Origin: an uncultured Actinomycetota bacterium | GTDB taxonomy: Bacteria; Actinomycetota; Actinomycetes; Mycobacteriales; CADCTP01 | DNA: 64,000 nucleotides | Direction: 5' to 3' | Assembly: GCA_963728945.1 (NCBI GenBank) | Contig: CAVSMA010000001.1 | Location: 837,572-901,571, forward strand | Shown: positions 46,625-55,987 of the stretch, in pieces | Layout of the letters: each line of letters opens with the position of its first letter | Position numbering within the stretch: position 1 is the first letter of the stretch | Translations under genes and position numbers: made by a program | Notes under the pieces: generated by a model | What the model saw: only the letters and a program-made list of their open reading frames with translations | Told to the model about the DNA's origin: nothing | Database searches by the model: none

Positions 46625-48034
46625 ATGTGTCCGTATCCCGCCGCTCGTCGGGTTAGCGTGCAGTCTGAGGTGCCGCCCCGGTCGTACGTGCTGACGACCT
46701 CGGAGCGGTTGCGCCGGCACATCCGGGCCAACGGGACACGGGCGGTCCTGGGCGGAGTCAGCTTCAGCGCGATCGTCGCCGGTTTCCTGGACGCCACCCA
46801 GCGCCAGTGGTCCCTGCTCGAGTACGTTGCGCTGGCCGCCGCGGTCACGGTGCTGATCCTGCTCGGCCTGGCTGCCGCCGGAGCGCGGCTGCGGTTGCTG
46901 CTGCTCGTCCCGGGCGCCCGCCTGGCCCGGGCGGCGCCGGGCCGGCCGGTCCAGCTGCAGCTGGTCGCCACCGGCCGGGGCGCCCCGATCCGCCAGGTCG
47001 CGGCGGCCCGCTGCGACGACCCGGTCTACGGCGCCGGCCTGCGGGTGCTGCTCGACCCCGGCTCGCGGCCGATGCTGGTCATCCCGAGCAACCACCGGGA
47101 CGTGGCCAGGGAGCACGAGCTGCTGCTGCCGATGTTCGCCGACCGGGAGCGGCGGTCCCGGGTCGAGGTCGACCTGCGCCCGCTCGGGATGGCGATCCCG
47201 CCGTACACGTTCGCGCGCGAGCTGCCCGAGGGCGTCCAGGACACCGACCACACCCTGGCCGTGAAGGACCTCGTCTACCTGCCCGAGCTCGCCGCGGTCC
47301 TGGGCGCGAGCGAGCCGCCGGCGATGTGGCCGGAGCACTGCGTCGACCCGCTGCTGCTGGCCGACCGGGACGTGGTCGTGGTCGGCGGACCGGACACCAA
47401 CTTCTGGCACGGGGCGCTGTTCGAGCCGGTGGCCCGCGAGTTCGCCGCGCCGGAGAGCTCGGTGCCGCTGGCGATCGACATGCGCGAGCCGGGCGAGCTG
47501 CCGACCTACGGGTCGCGGATGCTCACCGCGCAGCTGTCCGGGTCGGGCGCGGTGTTCCCGCACAGCCGGGCCGAGCAGGTGCAGCTGGACGAGCGCCTCT
47601 ACCCGACGCACGCGATGGTCCTGGCCTGCCGCAACCCCTTCGCGGCCGCCGCCGGGCGGTCCCGCTGGGTGGTCTTCGTCGCCGGCACCCGTAGCCTCGG
47701 GACCAGCGGAGCGGTGCTCGCGCTCACCCTGATGCTGCACCGGATGCGGACCGACCCCGAGGCGAACTTCTACAGCGAGGTACCGACGTCGGCCCGGCGG
47801 GTGCGGGCGCCGGTCTCCGCCGTGCTGATCCGGGTGGCCGAGGTCGAGCAGGCGGTGCTGCGCCGGGACGGCGAGATCCTGCCGCGGCAACGGCGCCGGA
47901 TGGCGCCGGAGGGGCTCGATCCGCACTACAGCGACAGCTACGTACCCACCGAGGTGGACGTGCTCGCCTACGGCACCGGCGACACTCCACAGTGGACGAC
48001 CTTGGGCCGGCTCGGTCGGCCGCCCACCGGCTAG
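46625..48034 (+). CDS. hypothetical membrane-anchored protein
   Basis: C-terminal part of track ORF 45065..48034 (the upstream part is antisense to the NTPase). One TM helix, LLEYVALAAAVTVLILLGLAAAG. The C-terminal domain has VVVVGGPDTNFW and WVVFVAGTRSLGTSGAVLAL. The start is uncertain (ATG 46625 or downstream GTGs). Confidence 0.55.
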   Translation: MCPYPAARRVSVQSEVPPRSYVLTTSERLRRHIRANGTRAVLGGVSFSAIVAGFLDATQRQWSLLEYVALAAAVTVLILLGLAAAGARLRLLLLVPGARLARAAPGRPVQLQLVATGRGAPIRQVAAARCDDPVYGAGLRVLLDPGSRPMLVIPSNHRDVAREHELLLPMFADRERRSRVEVDLRPLGMAIPPYTFARELPEGVQDTDHTLAVKDLVYLPELAAVLGASEPPAMWPEHCVDPLLLADRDVVVVGGPDTNFWHGALFEPVAREFAAPESSVPLAIDMREPGELPTYGSRMLTAQLSGSGAVFPHSRAEQVQLDERLYPTHAMVLACRNPFAAAAGRSRWVVFVAGTRSLGTSGAVLALTLMLHRMRTDPEANFYSEVPTSARRVRAPVSAVLIRVAEVEQAVLRRDGEILPRQRRRMAPEGLDPHYSDSYVPTEVDVLAYGTGDTPQWTTLGRLGRPPTG

Positions 48035-50052
48035 CCGGTGGCAGCCGCGGCGAGGTGCTTGCGGCCGGTGAGGAACGCCAGGCCGTACAGGAGCGCGACC
48101 ACGACCAGCAGCGAGCGGTAGCCGCTGATCAGGGCCAGATACTCCAGCGTCCCACCGAGCATCGCACCGAGCAGGTTCGCGCCGAACGCGACCGTGGTCG
48201 AGCCGGTCCTGGCGAACCGCTGGGCGAAGACCAGGTTGGCCAGGTAGATCGGGGCGAACGCGAGCGCGACGCCGGCCAGGAACCGCGGCACCACCGGCAG
48301 CGACAGCAGCGCCGCCGGCGGGATCACCCAGGCCAGCACCAGCGCGGCCAGCAACGCGACGTAGAGCAGCACCGGTCTGGGCAGTCTGACCCGCCGCGCC
48401 GTCTCGATCGCGGCCAGCACCGACAGCAGCACGCCGGCGAAGACCGCGGCGTTCACCACCCACGTGGTCCCGAACAGCAGCGCGAACTGCACCACGTTCT
48501 TCGTCTCCAGCAGCAGGAACGCCGCGCCCATGAAGAACAGGTCGACGTACGGGCGCATCTGCCGCAGCGGGCCGGCGGTGACCCGCACCAGCAGGAGCGA
48601 CGCGGCCAGGATCAGTCCCAGCATCTCCAGGTAGAAGCGCGGGATCGTGCGTTCGGTCAGGTAGGGGAACGGCCGGTCGTCGGTGGTCGGCTGCATCGTC
48701 TGGGTCGTCGACGGCCGCCAGGTCGTGGTGCATCCACCGGCGCTGCCGTCCGCCCGCAGGCTCAGCACCGCTTCCCGGCGGCTGCCGATCGTCCGTCCCA
48801 CGTGGACACAGGGCGGCGCGCCGTACACCGCCTGGATCGTGTTCGCGTACCGGTCGACCAACCAGTTCTCGTAGTAGTTGTACATCGCGAACGTGCCGCC
48901 CGGCTTGAGCAGCGACCGCGCGCGGGTCAGCGCCTCGGTGGTGAACAGGTAGTTCTCCAGCCGCAGCGCCGCCTGCCCGGTCACGATCGTGGCCGAGTCG
49001 GGCAGGGCCAGCAGGATCAGGTCGTAGCGGCGGTTCGTCCGCTCCAGGTACGCCCGCCCGTCGTCGACGTGCGCCACCACCCGCGGGTCCGCGTACGGCC
49101 GCTCGGGGTGGCGCTGCGTGCCGATCTGCTGGAGCACCGGGTCGATCTCGACCGCGTCCACCCGCTTCGCGCCCTCGTCCAGGGCCACCGCGACGTCGTT
49201 GCCGGTGCCGGCGCCGATGATCAGCACGTCGTCGCGCGCGCCGGCGTACGTGTAGGGGTAGCGGTAGAACGGGTCGGAGTCGTCGAGGTGCTGCAGCCGG
49301 TGGGCGGTCTGGTGCGGCGTGTTGTTCACGTCGACCTTGACGCTGCCGTCGGCGTTGGACACCGCGCGGATCTTGTAATACGGCGACCAGTAGTAGCCGC
49401 CGAGCAGCGACTGCGCCCCGAGCAGCACGACGACCAGCGCCACCCCGACCCCGGCCACCGGGAGCAGCCGCCGGCCGAGCAGCGGCACGAACGCGGCCGC
49501 GACGATGACCGCCCAGCCCAGCGGCGGCAGCCGGACGAAGGACACGCCGGCGAACAGCACGATGCCCGCGAGGCTGCCCAGCACGTCGAGCCGGTAGGCC
49601 TCCAGCGCCGGGAACCGGCTGAACGTGCGCCCGACCTCCTGGCCGAGGCAGGCCAGCACCGCGACGGTGAGCAGGAAGACGGCCGACAGGCTCACCCAGC
49701 GCGGCAGCGCCGGCATGCCCAGCGCTCCGCCAGGCATCCATCCGTGCGGTCCGTCGACGGTCTGCGCCGGGAACGCGAGCAGGAAGCCCACCAGCACCGC
49801 CAGCGCCAGCGGACCGAACGGGAACAGGTCACGCTCGCGCCGGGCCAGCAGGAAGCCGATGCCGATGCCGAGGAAGCTCGCCAGCAGCACGAAGTTCGTG
49901 AGGTGGGCCAGGTAGATGTCGTTGGCGGCGGTCCACCGGATCAGCGCCAGCTCGACGAAGAGCATGAGGAAGCTGGCCAGCACCAGCCGCGGCCGGTCAG
50001 CGAGCACCGGACCGCGCCGGCCGGTGGTCTCTTCCCGCAGGTCCTCGCTCAC
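48031..50052 (-). CDS. polytopic membrane protein fused to a spermidine-synthase-like (class I SAM-dependent) domain
   Basis: 673 aa. N- and C-terminal TM bundles flank DDVLIIGAGTGNDVAVALDEGAKRVDAVEIDP (SpeE/methyltransferase glycine loop). Confidence 0.8.
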   Translation of the reverse strand: MSEDLREETTGRRGPVLADRPRLVLASFLMLFVELALIRWTAANDIYLAHLTNFVLLASFLGIGIGFLLARRERDLFPFGPLALAVLVGFLLAFPAQTVDGPHGWMPGGALGMPALPRWVSLSAVFLLTVAVLACLGQEVGRTFSRFPALEAYRLDVLGSLAGIVLFAGVSFVRLPPLGWAVIVAAAFVPLLGRRLLPVAGVGVALVVVLLGAQSLLGGYYWSPYYKIRAVSNADGSVKVDVNNTPHQTAHRLQHLDDSDPFYRYPYTYAGARDDVLIIGAGTGNDVAVALDEGAKRVDAVEIDPVLQQIGTQRHPERPYADPRVVAHVDDGRAYLERTNRRYDLILLALPDSATIVTGQAALRLENYLFTTEALTRARSLLKPGGTFAMYNYYENWLVDRYANTIQAVYGAPPCVHVGRTIGSRREAVLSLRADGSAGGCTTTWRPSTTQTMQPTTDDRPFPYLTERTIPRFYLEMLGLILAASLLLVRVTAGPLRQMRPYVDLFFMGAAFLLLETKNVVQFALLFGTTWVVNAAVFAGVLLSVLAAIETARRVRLPRPVLLYVALLAALVLAWVIPPAALLSLPVVPRFLAGVALAFAPIYLANLVFAQRFARTGSTTVAFGANLLGAMLGGTLEYLALISGYRSLLVVVALLYGLAFLTGRKHLAAAATG

Positions 50053-50151
50053 TCGGGCCTCCGTCCTGAGCCGGTGGGGACGCGGACGCTACCCCATGGC
50101 CGTTCTGCCCCGGCCCTGTCGCGTCTACCCGGCCGATGCCACCCTGACCCG

Positions 50152-50637
50152 GTGACCGCGGGGCCGACCGTCCGGGTGGCGGCGGACGCCGACCTGCCGG
50201 CACTGGACCGGGGGCTGCCGACCGGGCGCAACGACGCGCACCGGGCGTTCCTGGCTCGGCAGGCCGCAGGTGAGGTGACCTACCTGGTCGCGTGGCGCGG
50301 TGACGCGCCGGTCGGGGTCGGCGTCGTCCGGTGGACCGGTCGCGGCGGCTCGCCCTACCCGGAGCTGAGCAACCTGCACGTGCCGCCGCCGCTGCAGAGC
50401 CAGGGCATCGGCACCGCGATCGTGCACTTCGCCGAGGACGTCGCCCGCTCCCGGGGGCGGGCAGGGCTGGCGATCGGCGTGGACGAGGACAACGTCCGGG
50501 CCGCGGCCCTGTACGAGCGGCTCGGCTACGTCGACACCGGCCGCCGCTGGACGGGCTCGTACACCTGGTATGACGAGTCCGGCGTCGAGCACGCGGAGAC
50601 CGAGCACGTGCGGGTGCTCACCCTCCTGCTGCACTGA
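50152..50637 (+). CDS. GNAT-family N-acetyltransferase
   Basis: GTG at 50152. LHVPPPLQSQGIGTAIVHFAEDVARSRG (acetyl-CoA binding Q/RxxGxG/A) and ALYERLGY. Confidence 0.8.
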   Translation: MTAGPTVRVAADADLPALDRGLPTGRNDAHRAFLARQAAGEVTYLVAWRGDAPVGVGVVRWTGRGGSPYPELSNLHVPPPLQSQGIGTAIVHFAEDVARSRGRAGLAIGVDEDNVRAAALYERLGYVDTGRRWTGSYTWYDESGVEHAETEHVRVLTLLLH

Positions 50638-52336
50638 GGCAGCGGGCCGGCAGCTCGAACCAGCGCAGGTGCTCGAAGTCGGCGGAGACCAGGTCGCCCG
50701 GACCCGGCAGGTCCACTGTGGACGGTTCGGCTAGGAGGCGCCGCGCCTCGGCCAGGTAGCCGCTCAGCGCCGTGTCCGGTGCCCGGTCGTCGTGCCGCGG
50801 GTAGCGCATCTCCCCGTCCGGCCCGTAGGTCACGTGCGCCAGCCGCAGCGGCGGCTCGGCCGCGGCCCGCCGGTGTCGCCACAGCCCGGTCTCCGGCTCG
50901 AACCGGTAGTCCGGCAGCAGCCGCCAGCCCTCCCGCGCCACCAGCGCGACCGCCTCGAGGATGTAGTCGAAGACGGTCTCGGAGATGAAGTAGTTGAAGT
51001 TCACCCGCACCCAGCCCGGCTTGATCCCCTCGCAGCCGCCGGCGATCTCCCGCTCGAACTCGTGCGAGCGGTCGAGGTCGATGCCCAGCAACCGGTGCCC
51101 GTACGGCCCGGCGCAGGAACAGCCGCCCCGGGACTGGATGCCGAACAGGTCGTTGAGCACGGCGACGACGAAGTTGTGGTGCAGGTAGCGCCCGCTCGGC
51201 GCGCGGACCACGAACGAGACGATCGACAGCCGCTCCGCCGCCAGGTTGCCGAGGATCTCGATCGCCGGCTCGTCCCGCCACGCCTCGACCGCGCGGCGCA
51301 GGTAGTACTCCTCGTGGGCGCGGATCGTCTCCAGCCCGACGGCCTCCTTGAGCTGGAAGACCAGCCCGGCCCGGATCGAGTCGACGATCGCCGGCGTGCC
51401 GCCCTCCTCCCGCAGCACCGGGTCGGTCAGGTAGCGGTGCTCGGTCGGGTTGACGTACGCGACCGTGCCGCCGCCGGGGGTGTCGGGCACCCGGTTGGTC
51501 ACCAGCTCCCGGCGGACCACGAGCACGCCGGGTGTGGACGGGCCGCCGATGAACTTGTGCGGGCTGAGGAACACCGCGTCCTTGCCGGCCATGTCGATCC
51601 GGACGTACGGCGCCGCCGCGGCGAAGTCGTAGAAGGACAGTGCGCCGTGCCGGTGCAGCAGCGTGGAGATCGCCGTGGTGTTGCTGACGATCCCGGTCAC
51701 GTTGCTCGCCGCCGAGAACGAGCCGATCCGCAGCGGCCGGCCGGCGTGCGCGGCCAGCTCGGCGTCGAGCCGGTCGAGGTCGATGTGGCCGTCGGCGTCC
51801 TCCGGGATCACCACGACGTCGGCGATCGACTCGCGCCAGGGCAGCTCGTTGGAGTGGTGCTCGTACGGGCCGATGAACACGACCGGACGCCGCTCCGGCG
51901 GGAGGATCTCGGCCGGCCGGTAGCGCTCGTCCGCCGCGCGCAGGCCGAGGATCCCGACCAGCTTGTTGATCGCGCCGGTCGAGCCGGAGCCGCAGAAGAT
52001 GACCAGCGTGTCGTCGTCGCCGCCGACCGCGTCCCGGATGATCCGGCGGGCGTCCTCCCGCAGCCGCGTGGTCTGCAGCCCGGTGCCGCTGGACTCGGTG
52101 TGCGTGTTCGCGTAGCGGGGCAGCACCTCGCAGCGGATGAAGTCCTCCAGGAAGCCGAGCGCCCGTCCGGAGGCGGTGTAGTCGGCGTACGTCACCCGCC
52201 GTGGACCGTACGGACCGGGCACGACCTGGTCGTCGCCGATGACCGACTCGCGGATCCGGCGCAGCAGCGCGGACTCGGCCGGTGGGGTCTCCGGGGGGTG
52301 GGCGCCCCGGAGGTGGGTCTCGGCTGGCGTGCTCAT
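50618..52336 (-). CDS. class V aminotransferase-fold PLP enzyme (NifS-like, long form)
   Basis: ATG at 52336 inside the 1010-aa track ORF. YADYTASGR, HHSNELPW, and the PLP-lysine region FLSPHKFIGGP. Confidence 0.85.
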   Translation of the reverse strand: MSTPAETHLRGAHPPETPPAESALLRRIRESVIGDDQVVPGPYGPRRVTYADYTASGRALGFLEDFIRCEVLPRYANTHTESSGTGLQTTRLREDARRIIRDAVGGDDDTLVIFCGSGSTGAINKLVGILGLRAADERYRPAEILPPERRPVVFIGPYEHHSNELPWRESIADVVVIPEDADGHIDLDRLDAELAAHAGRPLRIGSFSAASNVTGIVSNTTAISTLLHRHGALSFYDFAAAAPYVRIDMAGKDAVFLSPHKFIGGPSTPGVLVVRRELVTNRVPDTPGGGTVAYVNPTEHRYLTDPVLREEGGTPAIVDSIRAGLVFQLKEAVGLETIRAHEEYYLRRAVEAWRDEPAIEILGNLAAERLSIVSFVVRAPSGRYLHHNFVVAVLNDLFGIQSRGGCSCAGPYGHRLLGIDLDRSHEFEREIAGGCEGIKPGWVRVNFNYFISETVFDYILEAVALVAREGWRLLPDYRFEPETGLWRHRRAAAEPPLRLAHVTYGPDGEMRYPRHDDRAPDTALSGYLAEARRLLAEPSTVDLPGPGDLVSADFEHLRWFELPARCLSAAGG

Positions 52337-52495
52337 GCCCTGACGGTAGAACCCCGGGAAACCGTCCGGGGCCGCCTCCTTCCGTGCCGTCCCCGCCGTC
52401 CTCATTACCAACTTGTGTCCGGGTCCTGACAGATGCTTCACCTCCGGTAGGAAATACTCCGGAACTGACCGGCCACTCCCCGTCTTGGAGGCGAC

Positions 52496-53521
52496 ATGGC
52501 ACCGCCCGCGAGCTCCGGCCGCGGTACGGCCCGATTCGCCCGGGTGAGGCGCACGGTCACCACGCTCGCCGCGTTCCTCGGACTGGTCGTGCTCGCGGTC
52601 GCCGGCACACCGGGCGGCGCCGGTGACAACCCGACCGCCGTTCCCGAGGCGGCGGCGGCGGAGCCGAGCCCGACACCGTCGCCGTCGGCCTCCACGCCGG
52701 CCCACCCGCTCGCGGCGCCGGCGCCGACCACTCCGGTCACCACCTCGGCGCCGAAGCCGCGGCCGGTCGACCCGTACGAGGCCGTGCAGACCGCGGCCCG
52801 GCGGATCACCTCCGGCGCCGACGGGTTCGCCTCGTTCACGCTGCTCGACCGGGTCAACGGCAGGCGGATCGGCGACCCGCGCTCGACCCAGCCGACGTTC
52901 TCCGAGTCGACCATCAAAGCCTGGCTGGCTGCCGACCTGCTCGCCACCCGCGCGGCCGCCGGTGTGCGCCTGACCCCGTACGAGACCGCGCGGATGACCG
53001 CGATGATCCAGCGGTCCGACGACAACGCGGCCGAGGTGATCTGGCGCTGGCTCGGTGCGGACGAGTCGATCGAGGACATGATCAGGATCTGCCGGCTGCA
53101 GGACACCACGGTGTATCCGGACTGGTGGTCGAAGACCGAGATCTCCGCGCGCGACCTCGCCCGGCTGGGGGACTGCATCGTCCCGGGGAAGAACAAGTTC
53201 CTCTCGCCGACCGTGGGCGCGCCGCTGCTCGCGCTGATGCGCAGCGTCGACCCGACCAACGCGTTCGGCATCCAGCAGGCGCACCCGGCCGGTCCCGGCG
53301 TACGGATCGCGGTGAAGAACGGCTGGACCTTGCACGGCAGCTCCGAGGGCACCGTGTGGAACGTCAACTGCCTCGGCATCTGGGGCGCCGGCAACCGCTG
53401 GGTGCTCGCGGTGACCACCCGCTTCCCGGCCACCCGGGGCCTCGACTACGGGGCCGGCCTCTGCCGCCGGATCACCACCGCGGTCCTCCCGCTCACCCAC
53501 CCGGTCAGACCGTCCAATTAG
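52496..53521 (+). CDS. class A beta-lactamase-related serine hydrolase, secreted/anchored
   Basis: N-terminal anchor plus a Pro/Ala/Thr linker. S-x-x-K as SESTIK, SDN-like QRSDDNAA, and KTG-like VKNGWT. Confidence 0.7.
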   Translation: MAPPASSGRGTARFARVRRTVTTLAAFLGLVVLAVAGTPGGAGDNPTAVPEAAAAEPSPTPSPSASTPAHPLAAPAPTTPVTTSAPKPRPVDPYEAVQTAARRITSGADGFASFTLLDRVNGRRIGDPRSTQPTFSESTIKAWLAADLLATRAAAGVRLTPYETARMTAMIQRSDDNAAEVIWRWLGADESIEDMIRICRLQDTTVYPDWWSKTEISARDLARLGDCIVPGKNKFLSPTVGAPLLALMRSVDPTNAFGIQQAHPAGPGVRIAVKNGWTLHGSSEGTVWNVNCLGIWGAGNRWVLAVTTRFPATRGLDYGAGLCRRITTAVLPLTHPVRPSN

Positions 53522-53575
53522 GAGAGTCGACCTCGGATGATGCGATCCAACATCACGTGGCACTAGTCTGACATC

Positions 53576-53857
53576 GTGCAGAGCAGGAGTGTGGACACGG
53601 CGTACCGGCGGGCGGTCGGCAAGCGGATCCGGGTGTGGCGGGTGCTGCACGAGCGGTCCCAGGACGAGCTGGCCGCCGAGGCGGGCGTGACGAGAAACTT
53701 CGTCAGCGCGATCGAGCGCGGCGCGCAGGGACTGGACGCGGTGCGGCTGCGCCGGCTGGCCATGGCGATGGACATGAGCCTCGGCGAGCTGCTGGCCGAC
53801 CCGGAGCCGGTCGGCGGCCCCGTCCCGAGCAGCCCGGGCCGGCCCGGCCGGCGCTGA
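53576..53857 (+). CDS. XRE-family helix-turn-helix regulator
   Basis: GKRIRVWRVLHERSQDELAAEAGVTRNFVSAIERGAQ is the HTH_3 signature. 93 aa. Confidence 0.8.
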   Translation: MQSRSVDTAYRRAVGKRIRVWRVLHERSQDELAAEAGVTRNFVSAIERGAQGLDAVRLRRLAMAMDMSLGELLADPEPVGGPVPSSPGRPGRR

Positions 53858-53891
53858 CCGAGCGCGCGGCGATCACGGCCCCTCACCTCAC

Positions 53892-55085
53892 GTGCACCGG
53901 CGCGGGGAGTGGGGGGCCGTCGTGCGACCATGGGGCGCACTCGCAATCGGGAGGCTCAGGCAGGTGACCGACGCCGGCGCGCCAACGCCATGGTGGGACC
54001 AGGCCCACGCTGCCTCCTTCCGACCCGGTCCGGTGCGACCGAGTCCGCCGCAGGCGGTCCCGGCGCAGCCTGGTCCGCCGCAGCCCGTTCCGGCGCAGCC
54101 TGGTCCGGCCGAGGCTGGTCGGGGGCACTTTGGCCGGGAGCCTGGTCCGGCGGAGGCCGCTCGGGCGCATCTTGGCCGGGAGCCTGGTCCGGCTCGGCCG
54201 GGGGTGCCGCCCGCGTACCAGCCCCCGGTGGTCGAGGCCCCGCCGCCGGGCACCGGCGCGCTCAGCCTCGGGCTCGGCCGGGGATCGCGGGAGCGGGAGC
54301 TGATCCGCCAGGTCGGCGCCCCGCTCCCGGGCACCCGCCGGGTGGTCGTGCTGAGCATCAAGGGCGGCGTCGGCAAGACGACGACGGTCGCGGTGACCGG
54401 GTCGCTGCTGGCCGGGCTCCGCCGGGACAAGGTGGTCGCGCTCGACGCCTCATCCGACTGGGGGACGCTGGCGACCCGGCTGTCGGTGGTGCCCCGGCAG
54501 AGCGTGCGGGAGCTGGCGGCGAACGGGCGGCACGCGGTGTCCGAGCGCGGTGTGCTCGCGCAGCTGGCCGCAGCGCCGTCCGGGCTGCTGGTGGTCGGCA
54601 GCGATCCGCAGACGCTGGTGTCCGCGGCGCTGACCGAGGAGGAGTACGTCCAGACGCTGCGGTTGCTGGAATACGTCGGCAACCTCATCGTCACCGACGT
54701 CGGCGCCGGCCTGCAGCAGCCGTTCCTGCCGGCCGCGCTGGCCGGGTGCGACCAGCTGGTCGTCGCCAGCGCGGCGACCTGGGACGCCGCGCAGAGCGCC
54801 GGGGCCGCGCTGGACTGGCTGGCCGCCCGCGGGTTCGGGCGGCTGGTCGAGCGCAGCATCGTCGTCGTGAACAACCTCTACCCCGCGCGGCGACGCCGCT
54901 CGGCCTACGTCCGGGACATCAAGGCCGACCTGGCGCGGCGGGCCCGGGCAGTGCACGAGATCCCGTTCGACGCGGCGCTCCAGCCGGGTGGGCGGATCCT
55001 GCTGCGCAAGCTGTCCGCGTCCGCGCGGCAGGCCTACCTGGAGGTAGCCGCCGATCTGGTCGCCGGCCTCGCGACTGCACGCTGA
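53892..55085 (+). CDS. MinD/ParA-family ATPase with Pro-rich N-terminal region
   Basis: Deviant Walker A VLSIKGGVGKTTT and Walker B-like LIVTDVGAG. The N-terminal third is Pro-rich repeats, so the start is uncertain. Confidence 0.75.
   Translation: MHRRGEWGAVVRPWGALAIGRLRQVTDAGAPTPWWDQAHAASFRPGPVRPSPPQAVPAQPGPPQPVPAQPGPAEAGRGHFGREPGPAEAARAHLGREPGPARPGVPPAYQPPVVEAPPPGTGALSLGLGRGSRERELIRQVGAPLPGTRRVVVLSIKGGVGKTTTVAVTGSLLAGLRRDKVVALDASSDWGTLATRLSVVPRQSVRELAANGRHAVSERGVLAQLAAAPSGLLVVGSDPQTLVSAALTEEEYVQTLRLLEYVGNLIVTDVGAGLQQPFLPAALAGCDQLVVASAATWDAAQSAGAALDWLAARGFGRLVERSIVVVNNLYPARRRRSAYVRDIKADLARRARAVHEIPFDAALQPGGRILLRKLSASARQAYLEVAADLVAGLATAR
54045..54188 (+). repeat. in-frame tandem repeats (2 x 30 nt followed by 2 x 42 nt) inside the ParA-like gene
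   Basis: 54045-54074 / 54075-54104 (ccgccgcag.c.gt.ccggcgcagcctggt) and 54105-54146 / 54147-54188 (ccggc.gaggc.g.tcggg.gca..ttggccgggagcctggt). They encode PPQAVPAQPG/PPQPVPAQPG and PAEAGRGHFGREPG/PAEAARAHLGREPG. Confidence 0.85.
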
Positions 55086-55113
55086 TCCGCACCGGGCGGC
55101 CGTGCGGCGGCGT

Positions 55114-55806
55114 TCATGCGCAGGCGGGGCGGAGCTTGCGCAGGTGCTCCCGGATGGCTTCGCGGGCCGAGGTCGGGTCCTGCGCTTCGACCGCGTCGAA
55201 GATCGCCTCGTGATCACCGGCGATCCGGGCCCAGAAGCCGGCCGGCGCCTCCCACTCGAGCACGTGGTCGTACACGATCTCGAAGACCGGCTGGCTGAGC
55301 ATCTCGACGATCGGGCTGCCGGTCGCCCGGACCAGCGCCGCGTGGAACATCTTGCTCGACGCGATGGCATCGGCGAGGCTCGTCTGCCCGCGGTCGAACA
55401 ACGTCCCCTTGAGGTCCAGCAGCTGCTGCTCGGATCGGCGCTGCGCGGCCAGCCCGGCCGCGGGCACCTCGAGCAGGTCACGGGCCTCGGCGATCTGGCC
55501 GATCGTGAGGCTCTGCGCCTGGGAGAGCAGCCGCAGGCTCGCCTCGAGATAGCCGGCGACCTGTTGCGGTTTGGGGTAGGCGACGAACGACCCGCCGGCC
55601 ACGCCGCGGGTGGTGATGATGAGGTTCTGGCTGGCCAACAGCCGCAGCGCCTCACGCACCGTCGAGCGGCTCACTCCGTACTGCGTCGACAAGTCGGGTT
55701 CGACAGGCAACTTCTCGCCCGGTTTGAGCTCACCAGTGATGATCCGTGCGCGCAACGCATCTGATAGCAGCTGGTAAGCAGGCACGGACCCCCGTCCCGC
55801 AGTCAC
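55114..55806 (-). CDS. GntR-family (FadR/FCD subfamily) transcriptional regulator
   Basis: LKPGEKLPVEPDLSTQYGVSRSTVREALRLLASQNLI winged helix plus a C-terminal FCD helical domain. Confidence 0.87.
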   Translation of the reverse strand: MTAGRGSVPAYQLLSDALRARIITGELKPGEKLPVEPDLSTQYGVSRSTVREALRLLASQNLIITTRGVAGGSFVAYPKPQQVAGYLEASLRLLSQAQSLTIGQIAEARDLLEVPAAGLAAQRRSEQQLLDLKGTLFDRGQTSLADAIASSKMFHAALVRATGSPIVEMLSQPVFEIVYDHVLEWEAPAGFWARIAGDHEAIFDAVEAQDPTSAREAIREHLRKLRPACA

Positions 55807-55987
55807 AGAGACACCCTAGGTGTACGCGCTCGCGAGAGTCGAACCGGGTTGCACCACCATGTAGCAGGTTCGCCCACCCTGGGTAACGAACCTCCGGTCC
55901 CGGCCGGTCCGGTCGGCGCTCGGCTGCCGTACCGGGGCCCGCGGGGCAGCCGGTACACTGCCCCATCGGCGCCGTCCGCGGTCGCCA

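Noticed and set aside
46619-49741. 1040-aa (-) ORF, and the first ~720 codons of the 881-aa (+) ORF 47992..50637
   Set aside because: Shadows of the TM protein and the spermidine-synthase-like genes. Only the last 161 codons of the + ORF (the GNAT) are credible.
50618-53650. 1010-aa (-) ORF taken at face value, and the 545-aa (+) ORF 50792..52429
   Set aside because: The upstream 438 codons overlap the beta-lactamase-like gene antisense and are low complexity. The aminotransferase starts at ATG 52336. The + ORF is its antisense shadow.
53883-54170. 95-aa (-) ORF with a striking RRTRLRR repeat pattern
   Set aside because: It is the antisense reading of the in-frame Pro-rich tandem repeats of the ParA-like gene, not an independent repeat protein.
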